The notes under the pieces: model-generated
The model's input: the letters and a program-made list of their open reading frames with translations, nothing else
Told to the model about the DNA's origin: nothing
Databases searched by the model: none
From: Chloroflexota bacterium
GTDB lineage: Bacteria > Chloroflexota > Dehalococcoidia > Lucifugimonadales > Australimonadaceae
Length of the DNA: 48,984 nucleotides
Assembly (NCBI GenBank): GCA_022561455.1
Contig: JADFRC010000001.1
Location: 1 to 48,984 of the forward strand
Direction: 5' to 3'
Position numbers and translations under genes: made by a program
Part shown: positions 1 to 8,906 of the stretch, in pieces
Layout: each line of letters opens with the position of its first letter
How positions within the stretch are numbered: position 1 is the first letter of the stretch

Positions 1-319
1 GGGGGGGTAAGAGACCAGCCCCGCAGTCGCGTGTGGCGGGCCGTGGAGCGAGCCGCGCACGTCCGGAAGACGGTGCGGACAGATTGTCCAAATTCCAGTG
101 ACCGCAGCGCATTACTCTCCCCATTTCAACCGTCCTGCGGAGTCCTCGCTGCCAAGGCTACTGCCTGATAGGATCAAGCGGCAAGGTACTTTCGTACAGT
201 ATCGAAGCAGGCCGTGGACAGCTGATGGTTATCATGGTAGCGCTCGTTTGCATCCGTAATCCGTACTACCACGTAGACCACGTACCGGAAATACCCAGTC
301 GCGGAACATCGGCGCGCCC
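1..319 (-). ncRNA. Possible tmRNA (ssrA), 3' part running off the left window edge; tentative
   Basis: No credible protein ORF in 1-741. The minus strand 251->174 reads GCA AAC GAG ... CTT GCC GCT TGA = ANERYHDNHQLSTACFDTVRKYLAA*, with the AN(D/E) start and LAA-stop end typical of tmRNA tags. About 68 nt upstream, GGGCGCG CCGATG TTCCGCGAC TGGG loosely resembles the tmRNA 5' end (GGGGnnG ... GnTTCGAC nGGG). The T-arm and ACCA end are not visible and would lie left of position 1. Not verified by a covariance model. Confidence 0.3.
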
Positions 320-741
320 GCTCGCCAGAACGTGGGTCGAGGGGTGGGCGGGGGACCATGGGCATCTTCGTAGGAACCTTTGGGAGGAACCTGAGGAGGC
401 GCGATTGGTCCGCAGCGCTCAGCGCGTAGCGGTAAGGTGTTCGCAAGCCGCATCATGAGGCGCTCTATCACGCGGCGATCCGCGGGTATCTAGCTAATGG
501 GGGCTCGGGCGTTTGGGCCCAGCACAGATAGCCTGTGTTCAGGGTCGAGATTGACTCTCCCCCATCTCCACCACGAACACGGAACCGGCCTCTGGCCTCG
601 GCCAGCGGCCTCTGAGTCTCAAGGCGGAAACAAGCGGCTATGCGGCCGGGATTGACGCTGGCGCTCTTTGGCGCATTGGCCACCACGAACCAGGAGGTCG
701 TGCTGGGATGCCTGATCTAGATCGGCGCGAGGGAGGCTGAG

Positions 742-1344
742 ATGCACGTGTCCGGAAGAGTGGTCAGCGCGGCCATCGCGGGAGTGGCGTTCACGGGGCT
801 GCTGGCGCTCATGGGCTGGGGGATGCTGACCCGCGAGCCGCTCACGGGACGGAGTGGCATCACCCGCGTGGGCCAGCCGGCACCTGATTTCACCCTCCCC
901 GTGTTGGACGCGGACGAGGAGCTCACGCTGTCGGACTACCGTGGGACGCCCGTGGTGCTGAACGTGTGGGCGTCCTGGTGTCCCCCGTGCCGCATCGAGC
1001 TTCCCCTGCTCGAGCGCGGCTCCAACGAGTACGCCGCATCAGGTGTGCAGTTCATCGGGCTCGACATCCAGGACACTGAAGCAGCCGCGCTATCCACGGT
1101 CCGGCGGTTCGGGCTCACGTACCCGAACGTCCGCGACGCGCGCGGCCAGACCGCCGTCGACTGGGGCATCGTGGGCCTGCCGGTGACGTTCTTCATCGAC
1201 CGTGACGGCTTCGTGGTGCGGCGGGCCGTGGGCGCGCTGACCTCCGAGAAGCTGGCCGTCGCCGTGGAAGAGCTGATCGCAGATACGACGCCCCGAGACG
1301 ATAGCGACTTGGTCAACCCCGACCAGTACTACGAGCTGCAATGA
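742..1344 (+). CDS. TlpA/ResA-like thiol-disulfide oxidoreductase (thioredoxin fold, membrane anchored)
   Basis: 200-aa ORF with an N-terminal hydrophobic anchor and the motif VLNVWASWCPPC. SD-like GAGGGAGG lies just upstream of the ATG. Confidence 0.85.
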   Translation: MHVSGRVVSAAIAGVAFTGLLALMGWGMLTREPLTGRSGITRVGQPAPDFTLPVLDADEELTLSDYRGTPVVLNVWASWCPPCRIELPLLERGSNEYAASGVQFIGLDIQDTEAAALSTVRRFGLTYPNVRDARGQTAVDWGIVGLPVTFFIDRDGFVVRRAVGALTSEKLAVAVEELIADTTPRDDSDLVNPDQYYELQ

Positions 1345-1400
1345 TCTTGAACCCGGAGCTGCGCCGCTTCGAGCCAAGGAAAGGTTGAGCCTGGTCCTGA

Positions 1401-2240
1401 TTGATGGAAGCCCTTCTCGCGTTCGGCCTTCGGCTGCTCCGAAACCTCGTGGCCAACGTGGGTCTGCTGATCCTGTTCGGTGCGTATCTCGGGCTTTCCC
1501 AGCTGGTCAAGCTCAGAGCAGCGCGACGAGGCCTGGACGCGGACGCCTTGGCGGACGTCACGTTCTGGGTGGGCATCGGTGCGGTCGTTGGCGGGCGCCT
1601 GGCTCACCTGGCGCCATCCTTAAGCGTGTATGTCTCCAACCCGCTGGACCTGCTGCTCATCAACACCGGCATGAATCTGTACGGCGCACTCGGCGGGGGC
1701 CTCCTGGTGGGCGTACTGCTGACCCGCCGGCGGGCATTGCCACTCGGGGAGGTCGCTGACCTGTATGGGTTGTACTTGCCGCTGGCCATCGCGGCGGTGC
1801 GTTTCAGCTGCCTGATCGACAACTCGTGCTATGGGCGGCAGGCGCCAGCGCCCCTTGGCATCCTTTTCCCAGGTCTCACCCAACCCCGGCTCCCGTCGGA
1901 CCTGTACGAGGGTTTCCTGACGCTGCTCCTGTTTGCCGGATTGCTATGGCTCAGCGAGCGTCACGCTCGGCGCGGTGGGACGCTGTTCCTGGGCTTCCTG
2001 ATCGGCTATCCGCTGATCCGGGCCGCGGTGGACATGACCAGGATCAGCGTGGGCGGGATGGTGCAGACCGTCGATCCGCTGCTTTCGATCGGCCTCGCCG
2101 CAGCGGCCGGGGCTCTGACTTGGCACCTCGCGCGCCAGCCCGTTCGAGACAGCGGAGACAGCCTGGACGAGCGCGCTATCCCGGTGGATCCCGGCCGAGA
2201 GCGGGGGAGCGGCCGGGCAAAGCGCAGGTCGCGGAGGTGA
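1401..2240 (+). CDS. lgt: Prolipoprotein diacylglyceryl transferase
   Basis: Polytopic membrane ORF with Lgt-like blocks VGGRLAHL, YGALGGGLLVG, RFSCLIDNSCYGRQ and PSDLYEGF. TTG at 1401 is followed immediately by ATG at 1404, so the start is ambiguous by one codon. Confidence 0.8.
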   Translation: MMEALLAFGLRLLRNLVANVGLLILFGAYLGLSQLVKLRAARRGLDADALADVTFWVGIGAVVGGRLAHLAPSLSVYVSNPLDLLLINTGMNLYGALGGGLLVGVLLTRRRALPLGEVADLYGLYLPLAIAAVRFSCLIDNSCYGRQAPAPLGILFPGLTQPRLPSDLYEGFLTLLLFAGLLWLSERHARRGGTLFLGFLIGYPLIRAAVDMTRISVGGMVQTVDPLLSIGLAAAAGALTWHLARQPVRDSGDSLDERAIPVDPGRERGSGRAKRRSRR

Positions 2241-2405
2241 CGTCTTCAGTGAAGGATCAACGTTCGCCTGTCGGGCCGGGAACCACCAGCCGGCACCTGC
2301 GTTGTCGCGAAACCCTGCAGGCGGTCCGAGTGGTCCGCGTCGCTCAGTGCGAGAGGTGAATCCGACAGGCACTGGCCCCGACGGCGCCCGACACGGGCCG
2401 GCGAC

Positions 2406-2984
2406 TCAAGCCAGCCGGCCTAGTATCCCTAGGTACTTGGTCTGCAGGTCCGCGCCGTCGGCGACGGCGGCCTCGCTCTCGCCCCAGGCGGTGCCGCTGC
2501 GGAGCCGGTCCCTATTCCGCAGGACTCGTTCGTACGCGACCTCGACCAGCTCGGGGTCCATGGCCGTGTTCTGGCCCGTCGCTTTCGCCAGGTCCCACCC
2601 GTGGACCAGCATCTCCTGGAGCTGCCCGATGGCGTAGTCGGCCGCCGGCCGCTCGCCCTGGCGGGTCGTCACGGTGCGGGCCATGGCGCCGGGGGCCTTC
2701 ACGGCGGCCAGCGCATCCGTCCTCGCCTGGTCGAACGCCCCCAGTGGGTCGTCCCCGAGCACGTTGTCTCCCCAGTTCTGGGGGCCGTTGCCCTCCATGA
2801 TGCTCTTCACGTTGCGCGTGGTGCTCACCATGTGGCTCACCAGCTGCCGGACGTTCCATTCCGTGCACGGCGTGGGGTCATCCCACTGCTCCGGCCGGAC
2901 GGCCGCGATGTATTCGCGCGTGTGCGTCACCGCCTTCTCGTAGAGCCGAGGGGCGTCTGCTCCAGGATCCGTCTGCGTCGTCAA
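2406..2984 (-). CDS. DinB-superfamily / TIGR03086-like (mycothiol maleylpyruvate isomerase N-terminal domain) protein
   Basis: 192-aa ORF. PCTEWNVRQLVSHMV ... LQEMLVHGWDLAKATG ... YLGILGR is the pattern I recognise for this actinobacterial-type family. Confidence 0.7.
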   Translation of the reverse strand: MTTQTDPGADAPRLYEKAVTHTREYIAAVRPEQWDDPTPCTEWNVRQLVSHMVSTTRNVKSIMEGNGPQNWGDNVLGDDPLGAFDQARTDALAAVKAPGAMARTVTTRQGERPAADYAIGQLQEMLVHGWDLAKATGQNTAMDPELVEVAYERVLRNRDRLRSGTAWGESEAAVADGADLQTKYLGILGRLA

Positions 2985-3041
2985 TCGCTCTTCTCCAGGT
3001 TTGTCGATCCATCGATCACGCTACCGGCCGCCGTTGCCGCG

Positions 3042-4088
3042 CTACAACCCAAACAATCGTTTCGCGTTGTCGTACACGATCTTACGGAGGCTCTCCGCGG
3101 GGATGTCCTCCCGAGACTCCAGGAACTCGAGGTTCTCTGGGAACCGGGCATCCCAGTGCGGGACGTCCGAGGCGAACAGGAAGTGGCCGTCCCCGATGTG
3201 CTCAATGACCTGCGGCAGCAGTGTCTCCTCCGGTTCCACGCTGACGTAGACCTCGTGCTCGCGGAAGACGTCCGTCGGCCGTTTGCTCACATGGGGCATC
3301 TCGTGCTCGCCGCGCAGCTCCCAGTGCTCGTCCAGGCGGTCCAGCCAGTACGGGAGCCACGTCGCGCCGATCTCCAAGAACGCCAGCTTCAGTCGCGGGA
3401 AGCGCTCCAGGACCCCGTTGGCCATGATGCTCGTGAAGTGAAGCGTGATGGAGGCGGGGAACACGTAGGTGTGGACCTCGGCGAACGTCTTGAACTGGTC
3501 GCCTCCCACCTCCTCCAGCTTGGAACGGGTGCCGTGGATGCACAGGGGCACGCCGAGGCGCTCGGCCTCGGCGTAGAGCGGGTCGTAGGAGCGGTCCCCG
3601 AGCCCCACGGACAGACCCTGCGAGAGTATCTCGAAACTCACGAGGCCGAGCTCGGTGACGGCGTGGCGAAGCTCGTCCGCCGCCGCTTGCGGGTCCTGCA
3701 TGGGCAGCACGCCCACCGGACGGAGCCGCGGTGACCGGGAGCCGTAATCGTTGGCGAAATGTGTGTTGACGGCGCGGCATACAGCCACGGCCCACTCTGG
3801 CTCAGGGATGTACGCAACGTGCCCGGAGCCCGTTGGGAAGAGGACGACCGTCTCCATGTTCTCCCGATCGGCGATCCGCAGCCACGTATCCACCTGGCGC
3901 TCCGGCTCCAAGCCGCCGTCACGATAGTCGTGGTTGGTCAGCGTTCCGCGGAGCTCGGTGTCCCACGGGTAGCTCCCCTCCCAGAGCCCTCCACGCCGCT
4001 TGTCCCATGGCGGCTCCAGGTACTTCCTCACGTCTTCCTGCCGCTCCAAGATGTGGCCATCCGCGTCGATCACGGGAGCTCGCGCCAT
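3042..4088 (-). CDS. Amidohydrolase_2 family metal-dependent hydrolase/decarboxylase (ACMSD/LigW/LigI-like)
   Basis: 348-aa ORF starting MARAPVIDADGHILE (the DxH metal motif at the N-terminus typical of this TIM-barrel family). Also CIHG and FASDVPHWD near the C-terminus. Confidence 0.85.
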   Translation of the reverse strand: MARAPVIDADGHILERQEDVRKYLEPPWDKRRGGLWEGSYPWDTELRGTLTNHDYRDGGLEPERQVDTWLRIADRENMETVVLFPTGSGHVAYIPEPEWAVAVCRAVNTHFANDYGSRSPRLRPVGVLPMQDPQAAADELRHAVTELGLVSFEILSQGLSVGLGDRSYDPLYAEAERLGVPLCIHGTRSKLEEVGGDQFKTFAEVHTYVFPASITLHFTSIMANGVLERFPRLKLAFLEIGATWLPYWLDRLDEHWELRGEHEMPHVSKRPTDVFREHEVYVSVEPEETLLPQVIEHIGDGHFLFASDVPHWDARFPENLEFLESREDIPAESLRKIVYDNAKRLFGL

Positions 4089-4296
4089 GTCTCCCCTCCT
4101 CAGTCGGTGGTTGCCTTGGCGTACCGGCTGCCGGTGCCGAGCCTACACCTGAAAATCGTCTTCGGCGATATCGCGCCGCTCAGGACCAGCAGAACCGCAT
4201 CCGGCCGGATCCCACCGGTTGCCAAGATTGTGGCGGGTCCTCATCCGCTACCATGGCCGCGCCGCATGGCACCGGGACGTGTGAACGGAGGCGTGC

Positions 4297-5208
4297 ATGT
4301 TGCAGAAGGTCGTGCTGGGACGCACGGGGCTCGAAGTCACCAAGCTCGGCTTCGGCGCCCTCGAGATGCGCGACGTGGTCGAGAACGGTGGACGTCTGCC
4401 CAGCGAGGAGCACGCCGGGGTCGTCCTCAACGCGGTGCTCGATGCGGGCATCAACTTCATCGACACGGCGCCCGGCTATGGGCGGAGCGAGGAGTTCATC
4501 GGCCGCTTCATCTCAGGCAGGCGCGACGAGTACTACATCGAGACGAAGTGCGGCCGGCCGCAGACCGGCGTCCCCCGCGCGGAGTCCGAGTGGTCGCGCG
4601 AAGCCATCCTCCGTTCCATCGACCAGAGCCTTGAGCGCCTCAAGATGGACTATGTGGACGTGCTGCTGCTGCACGGTCCGACGGTCGAGGACGTCGAGAC
4701 GCACGACTGCATCGCGACGCTGGAGGAGGTCCGGGCGTCGGGAAAGGCACGTTTCATCGGGGTGTCGGCGGTCAGGCCGCACATCGACACGTTCGTGAGC
4801 TGGGGCACCTTCGACGCGTTCCAGATCGTGTACTCGGCGTTGGAGCCGGAGCACGAGGCCACGATCACCGCGGCGGAAGCCGCCGGTGCAGGCACGGTCA
4901 TCAGGGGCGGGGCCGTCAAAGGCGCCCCCTTGCGGGAGCAGGGACGCGGCAACGAGTTCCCGGTCGTGCGGAAGCGCTGGGTGCGCTCGGGTCTTGCCGA
5001 GGTGCTCGAAGGCCGTGATGCCGTCTCGACGATGTTCCGGTACGCGTTGGCCCACCCTTCGGCGCACACCTTCATCAACGGCACTCAGGACCTCGGCCAC
5101 CTGAAGGCGAACGTCCAAGCGGCGGAGATGGGGCCGCTGGACAGCGATCTCCAGTCGACGATCCGAGAGCGTGTCGTGGCCGCCGTGGCAGCCGAGCCCA
5201 CGGCGTGA
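4297..5208 (+). CDS. Aldo/keto reductase
   Basis: 303 aa. VVLGRTGLEVTKLGFGA, INFIDTAPGYG and DVLLLHGP are typical AKR blocks. Confidence 0.88.
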   Translation: MLQKVVLGRTGLEVTKLGFGALEMRDVVENGGRLPSEEHAGVVLNAVLDAGINFIDTAPGYGRSEEFIGRFISGRRDEYYIETKCGRPQTGVPRAESEWSREAILRSIDQSLERLKMDYVDVLLLHGPTVEDVETHDCIATLEEVRASGKARFIGVSAVRPHIDTFVSWGTFDAFQIVYSALEPEHEATITAAEAAGAGTVIRGGAVKGAPLREQGRGNEFPVVRKRWVRSGLAEVLEGRDAVSTMFRYALAHPSAHTFINGTQDLGHLKANVQAAEMGPLDSDLQSTIRERVVAAVAAEPTA

Positions 5209-5403
5209 GGTGCCCGAGTGGGCAAACCTCAACGGATGGTGCTTAGCTATCAACCTCGAAAGGCCACGAGTCGCGACGGAGCCGCCATTGCCTGTACTCT
5301 TCCTCCGTCCAAGGAGTTCTCGGCTGCCGAGATCTAGAGGGTCCCGGCGGCTTGCGGCCGGTGTGTGCCGGCCGGCAGCGGACGGAATAGAAAGGGGGGA
5401 ACG

Positions 5404-6465
5404 ATGGTAGAAGCGGGGCGGATAGAAGGCCAACGGGGAGTTCCCAGGGATTCGCCGTACGCGATCTGGCAGAAGGCGGAAGGCGTTCCCCTCTACAAGG
5501 CATCGTATATCGAGAACCTCTATACGCTGGAGCTCGGCCCGTGGCCCCGGTTGGGGCAGAACGGTGCCATCGTGAACCTGGCCGACCAGGAGCACGACGA
5601 CGCGTGGGTGATCGAGATCGCTCCGGGGCAGCAGACCTTGGTGCAGCACCACCTGTTCGAGGCCACCTTCTACGTCCTCTCGGGGCGGGGGGCCACCACG
5701 TTCTGGCAGGAGGGCCATCCGAGCGATTCGGTGGAATGGAAGCGGGGCAGCGTGTTCTCGCCGCCGCTCAACTGCTACTACCAACACTTCAACGGGGACG
5801 GTCAGGAACCCGTGCGCCTCTTTTCGGTCACGAACGCCCCTATGGTGATGAACCTGTTCAGAGAGGGTGAGTTCCTGTTCAACGACAGCTACCAGTTCAA
5901 AGGCCGTTACGAGTCCGGGGCTGGTTTCTTCGAGGCGGCGGCCGAGAAGGTAACGAGCAACAAATGGGTGACCAACTTCATCGGCGACATCCGCACATTC
6001 GGGCTCGATCCGGCGGTGGGCCGGGGCGCGGGAGGTCTGCTCACCCAGTTCTCCATGTCCAACAACTCGATGGTGGCTCACTGCAGCCAGTTCCCCCCGG
6101 GCACCTACAAGAAGGCCCACCGCCACAACGTCGGTGCGCACGTCATCATCCTCGATGGGCAGGGGTATTCCCTCTTGTGGTTCGAGGGGGAAGAGCCAAC
6201 CAGGGTGGACTGGCAAGACGGCAGCGTCCTATCACCCAAGGAACGCGAGTATCACCAACACTTCAACACGGGTTCGACGCCCGCCCGGTACCTCGCGATG
6301 CGGCTGGGAGAGCTCGACGCCAGACACTACCGCGGCTTCATGCCCGAGCAGATCGAGTATGAGGACGAGGACCCGGCGATCTACGAGTCGTACGCTCGCG
6401 AGTGCGTCGGCAACGGAGTGGACGTGGTTCTCCCGCGCCCCGAGTACGCGGTCGATGCCGGTTGA
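5404..6465 (+). CDS. Bicupin-domain protein (gentisate/aromatic dioxygenase-like; function unknown)
   Basis: Two cupin-like halves (QHHLFEATFYVLSGRG and AHRHNVGAHVIILDGQG). The start is placed at ATG 5404 because of GGGGGGAACG immediately upstream; the track ORF begins at 5365. Confidence 0.72.
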   Translation: MVEAGRIEGQRGVPRDSPYAIWQKAEGVPLYKASYIENLYTLELGPWPRLGQNGAIVNLADQEHDDAWVIEIAPGQQTLVQHHLFEATFYVLSGRGATTFWQEGHPSDSVEWKRGSVFSPPLNCYYQHFNGDGQEPVRLFSVTNAPMVMNLFREGEFLFNDSYQFKGRYESGAGFFEAAAEKVTSNKWVTNFIGDIRTFGLDPAVGRGAGGLLTQFSMSNNSMVAHCSQFPPGTYKKAHRHNVGAHVIILDGQGYSLLWFEGEEPTRVDWQDGSVLSPKEREYHQHFNTGSTPARYLAMRLGELDARHYRGFMPEQIEYEDEDPAIYESYARECVGNGVDVVLPRPEYAVDAG

Positions 6466-6531
6466 CCCAGAGCGCGTGCGGCACAGCCTGCTTGCGGCAG
6501 TAGACGGATCCTCTCGGCCGCCCAGCCAGAG

Positions 6532-7803
6532 ATGGCGCCGGCGGACCGTGAGGCGATGCGTTTGACGCAGAACCGGTCCGGCCTGCGCCAAGCACTGAGC
6601 GCCCTCGCCTACGCGGGCTACCGGCGCTTCGCGGTCTCACATCTTTTCACGTCGCTGGGCACGCACCTACTCCAGACGGCGATCTTCTGGCAGGTCTACG
6701 AGCTGACCGGCAGCGCGCTGCTGCTTGGCCTGACCGGCCTGGCGCGCGCCGGACCTCACATCGTGCTGTCGCTCGTGGGTGGCGTCTTCGCCGATCGCCT
6801 CGACCGCGTGAAGGTCATCCAGGCGGGGCAGTCGTTGAACGCAGCCCTGCTTTTGGTGCTGGCAGCGCTAGCGGTATCCGGCGCCGTGGAGGTCTGGCAC
6901 CTCTACGTGGTTACGGTCCTGAATGGTGCCTTCAGCGCGGTGACGCAACCCGCTCGGATAGCACTCATCGCCAACCTCGTGCCGCGGGGGAGTTTCGTCA
7001 ACGCAGTGGCGCTGAATGCAACCGTCGCCCAGGTGTCGCAGGTGGCTGGGCCTGCGCTCGCCGGAGTGGGCATCGCCACGGTCGGCCTGGGCCCAGCCTA
7101 TCTCCTCAACGCACTGCTCTATGTGGCCGCGGTCATCTCCATCGTTGGGATCCGGGTGCCCACCGCGTCGTCGAAGCCGGCCGAGGGTCCCTGGCAGAGT
7201 TTCGTGGACGGCATGAGCTTCGTGCGGAGCAAGCCGGTGATCATCTCGCTGCTGGCGCTCGATCTGGGCGCCGTCGTCCTCGGCAGCTATCGAGCCCTGC
7301 TGCCGATCTTCGCCGAGGCGCTCGGGGCTGGGCCGGGTGGCTATGGCTTACTCAGCGCGGCGCCCGGCGTGGGGAGTCTCCTCGCGGCTGTGTTCATGCT
7401 GAGTCTGGGGGACATGAGGTACAAGGGGCTCTACACGGTCTTCGGGGTCCTCGCGTACAGCGCCGCGCTCGCGCTCCTCGCCGTCTCGCCCTGGTTCTAT
7501 CTCAGCCTTTTCGCGGCCAGCCTGCTGGGCGCGACCAACTCCGTGCAGATGATCCCCCGCAACTCCGTGATCCTGGCGATCCCGCCCGACGCGCTCCGAG
7601 GGAGGGTTGCGGCGTTCCGGAGCATGCTTGCCGGAGGTGGCCCTCCGCTGGGCTATACCATCAGTGGAGCAGTCGCAGCGGCCCTCGGTGCGCCACTGGC
7701 CTTGATGGTCGGCGCGGCGGCGTGCGCGCTCCTCGTCGTCGGGATCGGCACCATGCACCGCGAGCTGCGCGACCCCTATCTCGGCTCGATGGATAAGCCG
7801 TAG
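6532..7803 (+). CDS. MFS transporter (EntS/MFS_3-like)
   Basis: 423 aa with about 12 hydrophobic segments and GGVFADRLDR between TM2 and TM3. The start could be the internal ATG at 6553. Confidence 0.85.
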   Translation: MAPADREAMRLTQNRSGLRQALSALAYAGYRRFAVSHLFTSLGTHLLQTAIFWQVYELTGSALLLGLTGLARAGPHIVLSLVGGVFADRLDRVKVIQAGQSLNAALLLVLAALAVSGAVEVWHLYVVTVLNGAFSAVTQPARIALIANLVPRGSFVNAVALNATVAQVSQVAGPALAGVGIATVGLGPAYLLNALLYVAAVISIVGIRVPTASSKPAEGPWQSFVDGMSFVRSKPVIISLLALDLGAVVLGSYRALLPIFAEALGAGPGGYGLLSAAPGVGSLLAAVFMLSLGDMRYKGLYTVFGVLAYSAALALLAVSPWFYLSLFAASLLGATNSVQMIPRNSVILAIPPDALRGRVAAFRSMLAGGGPPLGYTISGAVAAALGAPLALMVGAAACALLVVGIGTMHRELRDPYLGSMDKP

Positions 7804-7882
7804 CCGCACGGGGCGGCGTGCGGCGAGGCCGGCAGCCTATACTCCACGGCGTGCTCTGCAGCGCGCGAAGCGAAGGAGGCGT

Positions 7883-8848
7883 GTGTTGAAAGCGATCCGG
7901 TTCCACGAGTTCGGCGGTCCAGAGGTGCTCAAGCTCGAAGACGTGCCCGATCTGGAGCCCGGCCCGGGCGAGGTGCTCGTGCGCGTGCACAGCTCGGGCG
8001 TCAACCCGACCGACATCACGACGCGGTCCGGCCGAGCGAGCTACCCGTCCACGTTCGCCTTCCCCGCCATGCTCGGCCGGGAGGCCTCGGGGACCGTCGA
8101 GCGCGTCGGCGATGGCGTCACCGAGCGCAGCGTCGGGGAGCGCGTGGTTGTGCGAGGCGCCGGCTTCAGCTATGCCGAGCTGGTCGTCGCGCCCGAGCCG
8201 GCTGTGTTCAAGCTGCCGGATGGGCTCGGCATGACCGACGCTTCGACCGTCGCCATCACGTACACCACGGCCTGGGACGCGGTCGTGAACCGGGCGAACG
8301 TGACCGCGGGCCAGACGGTCTTGGTGCAGGGGGCCGCGGGCGGCGTGGGCGTCGCCGCGGTGCAGATCGCCAAGAGCCTCGGGGCCACGGTGATCGGCAC
8401 GGCGGGGTCTGACGAGAAGCTCGAGTGGGCGAAGGCTCAAGGGCTGGACCACGGCGTCAACTACTCGAACGGAGAGTACGCGCCGGCGGTCAAGGAGCTG
8501 ACGGGCGGCGACGGCGTGGACGCGGTGATCGACGGCGTTGGCGGCAAGGCGTTCGTGGAGTGCTTCGGCTGCCTCAAGTCCGGCGGCCGCGTGGTCATCT
8601 ACGGGACGGCCGGAGGGCGCGAAGTCAACTTCAACCTCGCGAACCTCTTCAGGACGCGTGCCCAGGTGATGGGCGCGGGCGGGACCGGAACGTCGCGCGC
8701 GGATTTCGAGCGCATCCTCCAGATGCTGGCGGATGGCACGCTCCAGCCGACCGTGGACCGCACCTGGCCGCTCGCCGAGGCGGGAGAGGCGCAGCGCTAC
8801 GTCGAGGAGCGGCGCGTGCGAGGCAAGGTCGCCCTGGTCGTCGCGTAG
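7883..8848 (+). CDS. NADPH:quinone oxidoreductase / zinc-type alcohol dehydrogenase-like (MDR family)
   Basis: 321 aa. EVLVRVHSSGVNPTD, cofactor loop VLVQGAAGGVGVAAVQIAK and C-terminal GKVALV. GAAGGAGG lies upstream of GTG 7883 / TTG 7886. Confidence 0.9.
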   Translation: MLKAIRFHEFGGPEVLKLEDVPDLEPGPGEVLVRVHSSGVNPTDITTRSGRASYPSTFAFPAMLGREASGTVERVGDGVTERSVGERVVVRGAGFSYAELVVAPEPAVFKLPDGLGMTDASTVAITYTTAWDAVVNRANVTAGQTVLVQGAAGGVGVAAVQIAKSLGATVIGTAGSDEKLEWAKAQGLDHGVNYSNGEYAPAVKELTGGDGVDAVIDGVGGKAFVECFGCLKSGGRVVIYGTAGGREVNFNLANLFRTRAQVMGAGGTGTSRADFERILQMLADGTLQPTVDRTWPLAEAGEAQRYVEERRVRGKVALVVA

Positions 8849-8906
8849 GGACGCTACCGGCCCGCACGGCTATCGAGTCCTTCAGCGGAGGTGGGCCGTG
8901 CCTCTG

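Noticed and set aside
1-30. B12-box-like sequence (GTAAGAGACCAGCC resembles the AGGAGACCTGCC end of cobalamin riboswitches)
   Set aside because: Only the last ~15 nt of such a riboswitch would be in the window, no regulated gene follows within 700 nt, and the region is alternatively explained by the minus-strand tmRNA hypothesis. It cannot be supported.
40-100. Group II intron domain V-like or SRP-RNA-like hairpin (GAGCCGCGCAC GTC CGGAA GAC GGTGCGGAC; GTCCGGAAG)
   Set aside because: The bulge is on the wrong strand and the lower helix does not pair as in domain V. The SRP domain IV GGAAGCAGC half is absent. Probably just a GC-rich hairpin.
497-573. tRNA or plus-strand tmRNA 3' end (7-bp ATGGGGG/CCCCCAT stem followed by CTCCACCA)
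   Set aside because: There is no TTCGA-type T-loop, the putative anticodon loop (GATAGCC) lacks U33, and no matching 5' acceptor strand (GGAGATG-like) occurs at a sensible distance. It is kept only as a possible att-like remnant in the findings.
4513-6216. 567-aa minus-strand ORF
   Set aside because: It is antisense to the aldo-keto reductase and bicupin genes, which carry clear family motifs. Its product is Arg/Pro/Gly-rich and low in complexity, typical of a high-GC shadow ORF.
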